A stretch of DNA of 64,000 nucleotides from contig CBDESZ010000007.1 of NCBI GenBank assembly GCA_965242725.1, positions 64,001-128,000 of the forward strand. Direction: 5' to 3'. The position numbers and the translations under genes were made by a program. Origin of the DNA: Alkalispirochaeta sp. (GTDB taxonomy: Bacteria; Spirochaetota; Spirochaetia; DSM-27196; Alkalispirochaetaceae). Within the stretch, counting starts at the first letter, position 1. Every line of letters starts with the position of its first letter. The notes under the pieces were generated by a model, which did no database searches, was not told the DNA's origin, and worked only from the letters and a program-made list of their open reading frames with translations. Below are positions 30,520-39,740 of this stretch, piece by piece.

Positions 30520-30770
30520 GAGTCCCGTTTACGGAAAAGGCCTGGGATGACTACCTCTACTGGCAGAAGAACGACAAACGTGTTCTGAAAAGGATCAACG
30601 AACTCATTAAATATACGCAGCGTTCCCCCTTCGCCGGCATAGGAAAACCGGAACCGCTGAAACATCAACTTCAGGGATTGTGGTCTCGACGCATAAATGA
30701 CGAGCACCGACTCGTCTATGAAGTCGAAGACACCGATTTACGGATCGTCGCCTGTCGGTTTCACTACTAG
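30516..30770 (+). CDS. yoeB: Txe/YoeB mRNA interferase toxin
   Basis: AWDDYLYWQ, GIGKPEPLKH, WSRRINDEHRLVY, CRFHY. ATGA overlap with the antitoxin. Confidence 0.93.
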   Translation: MRVPFTEKAWDDYLYWQKNDKRVLKRINELIKYTQRSPFAGIGKPEPLKHQLQGLWSRRINDEHRLVYEVEDTDLRIVACRFHY

Positions 30771-30837
30771 TTCGACGGCGCGGACTGTTAGTGAGCGGAA
30801 CGGGAGTCCCGCCGCGCCGGAGATCGGCAGGAGCGGC

Positions 30838-31242
30838 ATGAAGGTCTGTTTTCGTCCCAATCGGAGTCTCTATCAGGCGATTCAAAACCGCCTGTCCATC
30901 TCCGTTGAGGACCGGATGGATCCCAAACAGCCGCATATCGCAACGGTGACAAACGTGGATGATCCTTCCTCGGTGTACAGCCGCCACGGTACCAAGATCA
31001 TCGATGGGAAGGTACCGGAACTGCCGGCCGTTTCTTTCAACCCCCATGAAGGTGCGGACACATACCGAGCGGTCTTTGTGGGTCTCGAGGACCAGTACGT
31101 CAGCTCCCAGTCTTCCATCTCCACCGATTCTGTGTCGTGGGTCATTTCGCATGCTGTCAGAAACACAGCCGACGTTTGGCACACAGTTCTAGTCACAAGC
31201 GGCATGATGAACCGGAAGTGGTCGATGCAGCCGTTGTTGTAG
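30838..31242 (+). other. Unassigned ORF or gene remnant; coding strand ambiguous
   Basis: Open frames on both strands with no recognisable motif. Confidence 0.2.
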
Positions 31243-31452
31243 ACTGTTGACGTCGTCGACACGAGCATCCTTGCAGATACAAATCCCCGCCTCCCCAACT
31301 CACGGCGTTTCCACCAACCTATCTCAGTGACATAGAAGGCAAATTTTGTACCAGCGATGCCGTCGCCTGCGATAGCGTTGACCTCATACACCGCTTCCTA
31401 CACCGGCAAGCGCCCTGTACGTGGTTGTTGAACCGTCGGTGAATATCTAACG

Positions 31453-31501
31453 TTGACGCCTGAACAATCCGTGGTACTATTATCGTATACTCATAGTATA
31501 C
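31453..31501 (+). promoter_or_regulatory. Sigma70-like promoter followed by a palindromic operator
   Basis: TTGACG-N16-TACTAT, then GTATAC-TCATA-GTATAC. Confidence 0.55.
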
Positions 31502-31541
31502 CTTAAGTATTCCCAAAAGGTGATACAGGAGAGCCACACAC

Positions 31542-32648
31542 ATGAGAACGTATCAGATCGGCGTTGTCGGGTCGGGATTCATGGGCAAGGCGCACACCTA
31601 TGCGTATCGTTCCATTCCTTTCTTCTACGGAAGCCTGCCGGTCCAGGCGAAAATGCGCGCGATATGCAGTCTGCCCCGGGAAGCCGCTGAAGCCGCGGCG
31701 GGAGAATACGGATACGAATTGGCTACCGACGATCTCACGGAGTTCTTCGAGAGCGGAATAGATATTGTGCACGTCTGCTCACCCAACGACACGCACCGGG
31801 AGATAGTCCTGGAGGCAATCCGGCGCGGTATTCACGTCTACTGCGAGAAACCGGTGGCGCCGGATTACCCCACCGCCGCCGAGATTCTACAGGCGCTGAA
31901 GAACGCCCCGTCTCCCATCGTCTCACGCGTCGGCTTCCACTCCCGGTTCTATCCCAGCGCCATCCGCGCCAAGGAGATCATCGACGCCGGTCGGCTGGGA
32001 GAGATCCTTTCGTTCAAAGTGCGATACTTCACCATGAACCGCCTCGAGGGGAGCGCGAGCCCCAACGCCCTCGTCTCCGGAGCAATACTCGATCTCGCTC
32101 CTCACCTCACTGACATGACCCGCTTCCTGGTCGGAGATTTCGACGAGCTCATCGCGGAAACACACTACCGTAAACCCGATGAGCCCCATCCCGATCGGTC
32201 GGAAGACGCTTTTTATTCCATTGTGAAAATGAAGAACGGCGCGGAAGGGGTAATAGAGGCAAGCAAGATAGCCCAGGGCGCAAATAACGACTACTTCGCG
32301 GAGATCTACGGCGAGAAGGGGGCACTCAAGATCGATATAGAGAATCCCGACTGGCTCTGGTTTTACGACGCAACCGACGCACCGGGGCCGTACGGCGGCG
32401 ACAGGGGGTTCAAGCGGATTGAATCGTTCAACCGCTATCCGACGCGGGTGTTCCCCTCTCCGCGCCATTCTCCAGGGTGGCTCGGGGGCCACTTACACAG
32501 CATTTACACGTTTCTGTGTGAAGTACGGGATGGGACGGCGAATGGTCCCACCCTCAGCGACGGCATTTACATACAGAAGGTTATGGATGCCATGCACCTT
32601 TCAGCACTGCAACGACAATGGGTATCAATAGAAGGAGATCTGCCGTGA
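31542..32648 (+). CDS. Gfo/Idh/MocA-family oxidoreductase
   Basis: IGVVGSGFMGKAH, CSPNDTH, HVYCEKP, GAILDLAPH. Confidence 0.9.
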   Translation: MRTYQIGVVGSGFMGKAHTYAYRSIPFFYGSLPVQAKMRAICSLPREAAEAAAGEYGYELATDDLTEFFESGIDIVHVCSPNDTHREIVLEAIRRGIHVYCEKPVAPDYPTAAEILQALKNAPSPIVSRVGFHSRFYPSAIRAKEIIDAGRLGEILSFKVRYFTMNRLEGSASPNALVSGAILDLAPHLTDMTRFLVGDFDELIAETHYRKPDEPHPDRSEDAFYSIVKMKNGAEGVIEASKIAQGANNDYFAEIYGEKGALKIDIENPDWLWFYDATDAPGPYGGDRGFKRIESFNRYPTRVFPSPRHSPGWLGGHLHSIYTFLCEVRDGTANGPTLSDGIYIQKVMDAMHLSALQRQWVSIEGDLP

Positions 32649-33313
32649 GTAAATACATCGGATTTCTGCACACCACCCCGTCCACCATCGGGATGGTTAA
32701 CGATCTGTTGAAGAAGGTGATACCCGAAACCGAGCCGGTTCACGTTTATGACGGTGCCGTGCGAATAGACAACTTTCGGAATCCCGTGGGAGAGACGCCG
32801 AAACGGAACCTTGAGCGCTGGGCGACCTTCGGCGGTGAGCTGGAGCGATTCGGCTGTTCCGCCGTCGTTTCCTGCTGCAGCCTCATGCCCCGGGCGACTG
32901 CTTTTGGCGCACAGGTCGTGAACATACCCTTTGTGCAGTTGGACGACCCGATTCTTGAACGCGCAGCTCGCAACTATTCCCGAATAGGGGCTATCAATAC
33001 CACCGAGCATACCGTCCCCTATATCAGGGAGCGCTTTGCCGCCTGGGAAGAAAAACTCGGTAAAACAATCGACGTTGAGTATTCGAACACACTGGGGGCG
33101 CTGGAGCTTTTTCACGCCGGTGACCTTGCCGCCCACGACGCTGCAGTCCTGGAAGCGATGCATGACCTGGAGCGCCGGGGTACCGAGTGCATCGTCCTCG
33201 CACAGGTTCCTTTTGGACTCTTGGAAGATCAGATAGCGGCGGAATCGTGGTCCGTTCCCGTACTCGTTCCGGGCACGGAAGCCTTCACATGGCTCAGAGA
33301 GCTGGCGCGATGA
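32645..33313 (+). CDS. Asp/Glu/hydantoin racemase-family protein
   Basis: IGFLHT, SCCS, QLDDP, IVLAQ. GTGA overlap with the upstream gene. Confidence 0.75.
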   Translation: MSKYIGFLHTTPSTIGMVNDLLKKVIPETEPVHVYDGAVRIDNFRNPVGETPKRNLERWATFGGELERFGCSAVVSCCSLMPRATAFGAQVVNIPFVQLDDPILERAARNYSRIGAINTTEHTVPYIRERFAAWEEKLGKTIDVEYSNTLGALELFHAGDLAAHDAAVLEAMHDLERRGTECIVLAQVPFGLLEDQIAAESWSVPVLVPGTEAFTWLRELAR

Positions 33314-33945
33314 GTGTCACTACACTTTCCTACGGGGCGCCCTTATTCGCCGTTGATTACATCGAGAGCGAGGCAGAACACCGGGTCGGCCCAAAGAGCA
33401 TCGTCCTCAACCTCAGCGAAGAGCCCCTTTTTATTAATGGTCTGCCCCTTCGGTTCTTCCAGTCGGTCGTTGTGCGGGAGATTGCTCTGACGACGTGCCG
33501 CCGTTGTCTGGTCATTCTCGACCACACCCGCCACACAGATAAAGAAGCACTCTTCCGGGCAGCACGGGAAAAGTGGACGCTCGCCTACGATGCTACCGGA
33601 GCAGAGCGCCACAGGGGTGTCATGCTCTGGCGGACCGTGAAGGAGAAGCTGGACGACGTTTCAGTGAACCTCTGCTAAGCAGGACGCGTCCCCCTCGTCG
33701 TCGGGCTGCATCGGGAGCACTGGGGCGGCCCGCCCATCAGGGAAGTGCACACGCAGCTCGTCGGGTACGGCGTCATGCAGCAATACCGGGAAGAGGATCT
33801 GACAACCCTCTACCGGGAGGAACTGATGGCTCCAGGATGTAGCCATTTTCCCATGTACGACGAAAAGATTGAGTATCCCTGGCACCAGTATGAAACAATC
33901 ACGAAGGGCATCTTCCAGGCGTGTGAAATGGAGGCGGCACGGTAA
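33310..33945 (+). pseudogene. Cupin-like hypothetical protein interrupted by an in-frame TAA at 33676-33678
   Basis: One frame continues across the stop: NLC*AGRVPLVVGLHREH...EVHTQLVGYGVMQ...YPWHQY. Confidence 0.65.
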
Positions 33946-33974
33946 AATACGTGACAATTGAGGCAGGAAAACCT

Positions 33975-34300
33975 ATCTCGCGTCGTCGTATGGTCGGCCC
34001 CATTCCCCTCGTTTCGTATGTCCGTAGAGGCACGGCAGCAAATACGCGTTCAATCACATTGGTTGTCCTGATGTGTTTCCAGTGGGCTGCGGGAAGCCGA
34101 TACAACGAGAGCTGAAAATCACGGCCCTTCACAGGGGTCGCCACGACCTCTCCATATTTGTCTTTCTAAATAAGATCTTTGAATTCAAGGTGGAGCTCTT
34201 TTCAGCTTTCTTCACTCTCCCGGTATCCAATTCTGACAGCGAGTAATTCCTATTCACCGTTCTATTTGGTACCGATGATCACCATAGGACAGCTCAGGTC
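33975..34300 (-). mobile_element. Degenerate IS256-family transposase remnant
   Basis: CPMVIIGTK*NGE*ELLAVRIGYRESEES*KEL and LYRLPAAHWKHIRTTNVIERVFAAVPLRT lie in one frame, with stops and an internal deletion. Confidence 0.8.
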
Positions 34301-34361
34301 TATCTCCGCGGCGTGACCGGGAGGATACCGGGCTTTTGATCGAAATCAAGGCGATGACGTA

Positions 34362-34430
34362 TCCCGTGCGAGAACGGGTGCTTCACCTCACCACTGAACA
34401 ACGCACTGCGGGACGAAGTTCAAAATAAAA
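34362..34430 (+). repeat. Direct repeat, copy A (69 bp)
   Basis: 58/69 gap-free identity to 36537-36605 by manual alignment. Confidence 0.85.
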
Positions 34431-34549
34431 AGACGCGTCCGTGTCGGACAATCAACTTCCCGTTGCGCCGGCGGATTACTGGTCGTACTATGTGTTGAAT
34501 ATCGAAATTTGAACGTACATTGAGACACTCCAAACCAGGGAGGATAGCG

Positions 34550-36061
34550 GTGAGAGCTTCTCTATTGGTTCCGGTCGGTTTCCTTCTTGTCTTGATGGCC
34601 TGCCCCAATCCATCTCATTCCACATCGGCGTCGACGGAGTTTTACGTTGCCCCCAACGGCAACGATGCCGCTTCCGGTTCCATCGATGATCCGTGGGCGA
34701 CTTTTGAACACGCCGTGGATCAACTCAGCCCCGGGGGGACGCTATTTGTCCGTCAGGGAACGTACCGTGAGCGATTGATTCCGACAGTTTCCGGCACGCA
34801 GGGCGATCCCGTGGTCATCGCCGCCTATCCCGGCGAAACCGTCGTCATCGACGGTACGACCATCGACGAGGAGGGGGGATGGTTCGGGCTGATACAGCTT
34901 GTCGAAGTCGACTACGTCACCATCCGGGGGTTCACCGTGCGCAACGCCGGCGGCCAGGCGATCCAGGCAAATGACTGTGCCCACGTGATCATTGAAGACA
35001 ACGCCACCGAGAACAGCGTGTCATCGGGCATTATGGCGTGGGGCGATACAGAGGTTATCATCAGGGGGAATACCGTCGGGAATGCCTGCACCGGGGGCGA
35101 GGGGTATCAGGAGTGCATATCCGTATCCGATACCGACGGATTTGAGGTCAGCGGGAACATGGTCTACGGCGGAAACATGGAGGGAATTGACGTCAAGGAC
35201 GGGTGCCGCCATGGCGTCGTGTCGGGCAACACCGTCTATGAACTCACCCGGCTGGGAATCTACATCGACGCGTGGGACTCACTGACTGAAGACATTGATG
35301 TCTTTGACAATACCGTCCACGATTGCCGTGAAGGGATTCGGGTCAACTCGGAAAACGGGGGCCTCGCCAGGAATATCCGGGTATTCGGCAATTCGGTATA
35401 TGACAACGACGAGTGCGGATTCTGGGTAGGCGTCGGCGGCGTTCGTGAGAGTCTGCACCCCGTCAGCGATGTGCTCCTCAACGGAAACATTTCGCGGAAC
35501 AATGGTTCCGACGGAATCAGAATCTCCGTCCCCGACAATGGATCGACAGACAACATCACCGTTACCAACAATCTGGTCTATTTCAATGCACGATCCGGAG
35601 TCATGGTCGCCGACTTCTCCACCGACGGCACCGGCTCGATAGGCGCGGTTGCTATTATAAACAACACGATCCATGGAAACGGAACCGGTCTCGGCTGGGG
35701 CGCAGGGGGCATCATGGTGAACTCCGCTTCTCCCGGCCAGCACATTACCGTCGGAAACAACATCGTCAGCGACAATGAGGAGTTCTCCATCACCGTCGCC
35801 GCGGAGGCGACGGACACGGTGGTCGTGGAGTGTAATCTGGTTGACGGCTTCCGATCTGCCGCGGAGGAGACCAGGGGAACGCCGTGTGTGGAGGGGGATC
35901 CCCTCTTTCTCGACGCGGAAGGCGGCGATTTTCGGGTGTTGACGACTCCCGCCTCTCCGGCAATTGACGCGGGCTCCGCGGAGGGCGCTCCTGCACACGA
36001 CTTTGCCGGTGCGAGCCGTCCACAGGGAAGCGCCGTCGACATCGGTGCGTACGAGGCGTAG
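34550..36061 (+). CDS. Lipoprotein with right-handed parallel beta-helix repeats (pectin-lyase-like fold)
   Basis: Lipobox LVLMA-C-P, FYVAPNGND..SGS...PWAT, many N-x-V/G-I repeats, C-terminal SPAIDAG...DIGAYE. Confidence 0.85.
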   Translation: MRASLLVPVGFLLVLMACPNPSHSTSASTEFYVAPNGNDAASGSIDDPWATFEHAVDQLSPGGTLFVRQGTYRERLIPTVSGTQGDPVVIAAYPGETVVIDGTTIDEEGGWFGLIQLVEVDYVTIRGFTVRNAGGQAIQANDCAHVIIEDNATENSVSSGIMAWGDTEVIIRGNTVGNACTGGEGYQECISVSDTDGFEVSGNMVYGGNMEGIDVKDGCRHGVVSGNTVYELTRLGIYIDAWDSLTEDIDVFDNTVHDCREGIRVNSENGGLARNIRVFGNSVYDNDECGFWVGVGGVRESLHPVSDVLLNGNISRNNGSDGIRISVPDNGSTDNITVTNNLVYFNARSGVMVADFSTDGTGSIGAVAIINNTIHGNGTGLGWGAGGIMVNSASPGQHITVGNNIVSDNEEFSITVAAEATDTVVVECNLVDGFRSAAEETRGTPCVEGDPLFLDAEGGDFRVLTTPASPAIDAGSAEGAPAHDFAGASRPQGSAVDIGAYEA

Positions 36062-36064
36062 GGA

Positions 36065-36119
36065 GGGTATCTCACTTCACCACTGGACGATGTATCGGGG
36101 AACGAATTTTGATATAGAG
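36065..36119 (+). repeat. Direct repeat, copy C (diverged, 55 bp)
   Basis: 37/55 gap-free identity to 34376-34430, mostly transitions. Confidence 0.6.
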
Positions 36120-36167
36120 TCGACCGATTTGACCAACCCTGGTTAAGATGGTCATGGGAGGCGCGAA

Positions 36168-36534
36168 ATGATTGTAAATGTATCTGAAGCGAAAGCTCAG
36201 TTTTCCCGTCTCATTGACCTGGTGTATCACGACGAGTAGGTGACGATTGCCAAGAATAACCTTCCTTCGGTTGATCTGGTCCCCCACAAGGTTCGGACGA
36301 AACGGCAGCTGGGAGCACTGAAATGAATGATCGACATATCCGATGACTTTGACGACGTCGACCCGGAAATCAATGAGATGTTTTACGGCGGAACATGCGG
36401 CTCATTTACAGTCTCTGCCGTATCATCACCGCGATCCCTTTGACCGCATGATCATTTCTCAGGCGATCCACGAGAGCATTCCCGTCCTGACGGTGGACCC
36501 GCAGTTTTCACACTACCCTGTACGGACGGTGTGA
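36168..36534 (+). pseudogene. Decayed Phd/YefM antitoxin joined to the C-terminal part of a PIN (VapC) toxin
   Basis: MIVNVSEAKAQFSRLID...E*VTIAK...ALK*...EMFYG, then LPYHHRDPFDRMIISQA...LTVD in another frame. Upstream inverted repeat TGACCA..TGGTCA at 36130-36154. Confidence 0.82.
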
Positions 36535-36536
36535 TG

Positions 36537-36605
36537 TCCCGTGCTGAGGCGGGTGCTTCATCTCACGACTGAACAACGCACCGCGGAACGAAGTTCAAGA
36601 TAGAA
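36537..36605 (+). repeat. Direct repeat, copy B (69 bp), overlapping the stop codon of the dienelactone hydrolase gene
   Basis: 58/69 identity to copy A. Confidence 0.85.
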
Positions 36606-37167
36606 ACGATAAAACCCGCTGAACCACCAGGTCGTAGGACTCACGATGAAAGTCGGGTGAATCCCGATCCAGGAACAGGTGTCCCGAGCCGGGATAGACA
36701 TACTCATCCCAACGTTGGTCGACCGATTGCACCGCCTCCCGGAGCGCCGCGACATGGTCCTGCTCCACCCACGGATCGTCTTCCGCATAGTGCACCTGCA
36801 CCGGCACCGCCGGCCACGTCCCGATCCCCATCATCGCCGGAGGTAATGCCGCGTGGTAGAGAATCGCCGCCTGTGCGCCCGGCCGCGTGGCCGCGAGGTA
36901 CTGGGCCGATGCGGCGCCCATCGAAAAGCCGGCGTATACACATTCATGCGGCAGTGATTCGACCGCCGCCGTTGCCCGACGGGTCAGCTCAGGAATGCCG
37001 ACGGCGTCGCGCTTGGCGATCCCGTCCGCGAGGTCGACAAAGACCTCCCCGTCAAAGAGATCCGGCGTATATACGATGTGACCTTCGTTTCTCAGCAGGT
37101 GCGCAAACTCATGAACGGCGGGGCGAAGACCCAACGCCGAATGAAACACTACGATAGTATGAGACAT
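36595..37167 (-). CDS. Dienelactone hydrolase-family protein
   Basis: FHSALGLRP, PDLFDG, GFSMG nucleophile, YPGSGHLF. Confidence 0.88.
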   Translation of the reverse strand: MSHTIVVFHSALGLRPAVHEFAHLLRNEGHIVYTPDLFDGEVFVDLADGIAKRDAVGIPELTRRATAAVESLPHECVYAGFSMGAASAQYLAATRPGAQAAILYHAALPPAMMGIGTWPAVPVQVHYAEDDPWVEQDHVAALREAVQSVDQRWDEYVYPGSGHLFLDRDSPDFHRESYDLVVQRVLSFLS

Positions 37168-37180
37168 GACGTCCTCCTAT

Positions 37181-37230
37181 TTGTACACTGTACAGTATTA
37201 ATTGAACGTTGTCCAGTATTAGGTTAGAAT
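37181..37230. promoter_or_regulatory. Tandem TetR operators overlapping the divergent promoter
   Basis: TTGTACACTGTACAGTATTA and TTGAACGTTGTCCAGTATTA; promoter TTGAAC-N17-TAGAAT. Confidence 0.6.
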
Positions 37231-37231
37231 T

Positions 37232-37900
37232 ATGTCCATGAGCAGGAATCCTGCCCCGCGGCGACCGGGCAAACGTGCCGGACTCACCACCGATGCGGTC
37301 ATATCCGCGGCTATGACCGCATACTCGAGAGATGGCGTTTCGGCGCTTTCGATTCGATCGGTGGCCTCGGAGCTCGGCGTTGCACCAAACGCCCTCTACA
37401 GTCACATCAACTCCAAGGATGCGTTGATCGGAGAGGTGATCGATAGAATAATCGGAGAGGTGGACGCACCGTCATTTGACACGGAGTGGCGTCGTGCCCT
37501 TCGGCTGATTATGATTCGCTCTCGGGCGGTCCTCCTTCAACACCCCGCGTTAATGCCGGAGTTCCTGTCGCGACCCGCCCGCGGAGCCAATGCCCTCAGG
37601 CTCGGGGAGACGATGCTGCAGTTCCTGGAGAAGGGCGGCGTTGCCGGGGCTGCTGCGGTGTCGGCCCTCCGGGTTTTACTCGTGTACACGGTTGGATTTG
37701 CCGCCCAGGAAGCGCCGCGCGCCGCCGATCCCGACGGAGAGAGACGGCATGAGGACTCAATGCGCGCGTTCTCGGCGGACAGTCAACGACCGCTCAGCAG
37801 AGCGGCGGCGGGACAACTGGCGCAACATCCGGGCGATACGGTATTTGAGACGGGACTTGACTGGTTGCTGAAGGGTATCGCAGACGGCGCGAGCCAATAA
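37232..37900 (+). CDS. TetR-family regulator (TetR_C type); true start may be 37238
   Basis: LSIRSVASELGVAPNALYSHINSKDAL, FETGLDWLLKG. Confidence 0.9.
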   Translation: MSMSRNPAPRRPGKRAGLTTDAVISAAMTAYSRDGVSALSIRSVASELGVAPNALYSHINSKDALIGEVIDRIIGEVDAPSFDTEWRRALRLIMIRSRAVLLQHPALMPEFLSRPARGANALRLGETMLQFLEKGGVAGAAAVSALRVLLVYTVGFAAQEAPRAADPDGERRHEDSMRAFSADSQRPLSRAAAGQLAQHPGDTVFETGLDWLLKGIADGASQ

Positions 37901-37934
37901 ACGAACCGACATGCGGCATATATGGAGGTGAACG

Positions 37935-38555
37935 GTGACGTTGGAATCGGTTTTATCAATGCTGCCGGGACCGGCCCGGAGGGGAGTGGAAACACTCGGG
38001 TTTACGAAACTGGAGGAGTTCACCGGCGTTTCCAGAAAGCAGCTTCAGGATATTCACGGGGTGGGACCCAAGGCGATTTCCATACTTGAAGCCGCTCTGG
38101 CTGAACAGGGTCTGACGTTGCAGTCGTGGACGGAAGGGAAGTCGGTCCTGACCGATCCTGAGATTTTTCCTGATGATTCAGTTCTTGAGCACCACCTGGC
38201 GGGAGTGAAACCGCTTTTTGACCGGATGCTCCAACGGTTCCAGGATTGTGATCCTCCCTTGGTGCTGGAGTGGCGCTACTACGCCGACGGCGGTAGTTGG
38301 CTTGGAAAGGTGACGGCGCGGAAAAAGACGATCATCTGGGTAGCCGTCCATCACCACATGGTCAGGGCGTCGTTCTATTTCAAAAAGGACGCAGTTCCCA
38401 TTATTGAACGAAGCGGCCTCGACGAGCGGTATCGTCCGCAATTGGAAGAGATTCTTCGCACGGGCAGGACGAAGGCGGTGACGATCGATATCGACCGTCC
38501 CGAGCATCTTGAACAGATGCAGCTCCTGATCGATATCAAGTTGTCACTGATATAG
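37935..38555 (+). CDS. Helix-hairpin-helix domain fused to a DUF3788-like domain
   Basis: GPARRG...LQDIHGVGPKAI (HhH), then LTDPEIFP...EWRYYADGGSWLGKV...KKTIIW...IDIK. Confidence 0.7.
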   Translation: MTLESVLSMLPGPARRGVETLGFTKLEEFTGVSRKQLQDIHGVGPKAISILEAALAEQGLTLQSWTEGKSVLTDPEIFPDDSVLEHHLAGVKPLFDRMLQRFQDCDPPLVLEWRYYADGGSWLGKVTARKKTIIWVAVHHHMVRASFYFKKDAVPIIERSGLDERYRPQLEEILRTGRTKAVTIDIDRPEHLEQMQLLIDIKLSLI

Positions 38556-38646
38556 GTGTGTTCCGTTTCCTTTGGCGCGTTGTCTCGGCGACACGGTCAA
38601 ATTGTATCAAGGCGCACCGGATGGGCCCCGGCGTCATTTCGCCGGG

Positions 38647-38698
38647 CGCTATTTCCCCACACTATTTCCCCATGCTGCTTTTCCACGCTACTTCTTCA
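38647..38698. repeat. Four degenerate 13-bp tandem units
   Basis: CGCTATTTCCCCA / CACTATTTCCCCA / TGCTGCTTTTCCA / CGCTACTTCTTCA. Confidence 0.6.
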
Positions 38699-39740
38699 CC
38701 GGCGGCTCGACTATCCTCTCCCGGATCAGCGATGCCGCCGTCGCCAGGACCGCGTCGGGCGCTGCGATGAGCGAGCGCCCGAGAAGGGTTTCGGTGGGCG
38801 TGGAGTCAAGCTCCCTGCGGACGCCGAGATCCGCCAGGCCGGCGCGCAGGTCGGTATCAAAGAGGGCAAAGATGTGGACCAGCCAGTTGGGCATTTTCCC
38901 CCGGGGTATGCCGCGCCGGAATTCCGGATGGGCCTCCCGCAGAACCTGCGCCGCCTCGTTGAGGAAGATTGAACGCTCACCGACGGGATAGCGGTGTCCC
39001 CCCGCGTCGGGCGTGGTCATTGCGGCACGGTGCGCGTCCGCAACGTCCCGCACATCCACGACAACAAAGGGCATTTGCGGCGCCGCGGGGATCGAGCCGT
39101 TCATGAGGCGTATGACCATCGTTGCGGAGGTCCCCGGGTCGTCATCCAGGAGGGGGCCAAGTATGGCGCTGGGGTTGATCGTCGCCAGATCCCTCTCGCG
39201 GCCCGCCTCACGCATCAGCTCCCAGGCGCGCAGCTCGGCGCGCGTCTTTGACTCCACATATGCGTTGACGTCGGGTCCGTCCAGGTCTGTCCAGTCCGCT
39301 GCGGTGAAAGGCGCGGTTCTGCCTGTGCCGTGGCCATAGGCGATTGCAGCCATTGAGGAGGTGAGAACGATGCGCTCCACTCCCGCCGCAAGGGCCGCGT
39401 TTATCGCCCGTTCGGTACCCTCGACGGCGGGCCTGATCAGCTTTTCTTTATCCTTCGGCATGTCCAGGACAAAGGGCGACGCTACATGCTGGAGGAAGCG
39501 GCAGCCTGTCATCGCATCGGCCCACCCGGCGTCGGAGGTCAGGTCCAGTTCCACAAACTCCAGCCGGGTCACGTCGCAGCCGGCGCGTTTGAGGGTTGTC
39601 CGTACTTTCTCCGCCTTTTCAAGCGTTCTTACGCTGCCCCGTACGGTATAACCCGCGTCCAGCAATACCCGCGCTACATGCCCGCCGAGAAATCCGGAAA
39701 CGCCCGTGACCAATACTCTGTCGCTTGCTCGGTCGCTCAT
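38688..39740 (-). CDS. NAD-dependent epimerase/dehydratase-family aldehyde reductase (extended SDR)
   Basis: VLVTGVSGFLGGH, HVASP, LTSS, YVESK (YxxxK), DVRDVA. Confidence 0.9.
   Translation of the reverse strand: MSDRASDRVLVTGVSGFLGGHVARVLLDAGYTVRGSVRTLEKAEKVRTTLKRAGCDVTRLEFVELDLTSDAGWADAMTGCRFLQHVASPFVLDMPKDKEKLIRPAVEGTERAINAALAAGVERIVLTSSMAAIAYGHGTGRTAPFTAADWTDLDGPDVNAYVESKTRAELRAWELMREAGRERDLATINPSAILGPLLDDDPGTSATMVIRLMNGSIPAAPQMPFVVVDVRDVADAHRAAMTTPDAGGHRYPVGERSIFLNEAAQVLREAHPEFRRGIPRGKMPNWLVHIFALFDTDLRAGLADLGVRRELDSTPTETLLGRSLIAAPDAVLATAASLIRERIVEPPVKK

Noticed and set aside
30607..31391. Minus-strand ORFs 30607-31182 and 30882-31391
   Set aside because: They overlap each other (the first also overlaps yoeB), show no recognisable motif, and the coding frame cannot be determined.
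33676..33678. In-frame stop as a selenocysteine or pyrrolysine recoding site
   Set aside because: The codon is TAA, not TGA or TAG; a nonsense mutation or base-call error is more likely.
34362..36605. Repeats read as a CRISPR array or canonical integron attC sites
   Set aside because: Spacing is about 0.5-1.7 kb, no cas or intI gene is present, and the AAC...GTT arms enclose only 18 nt.
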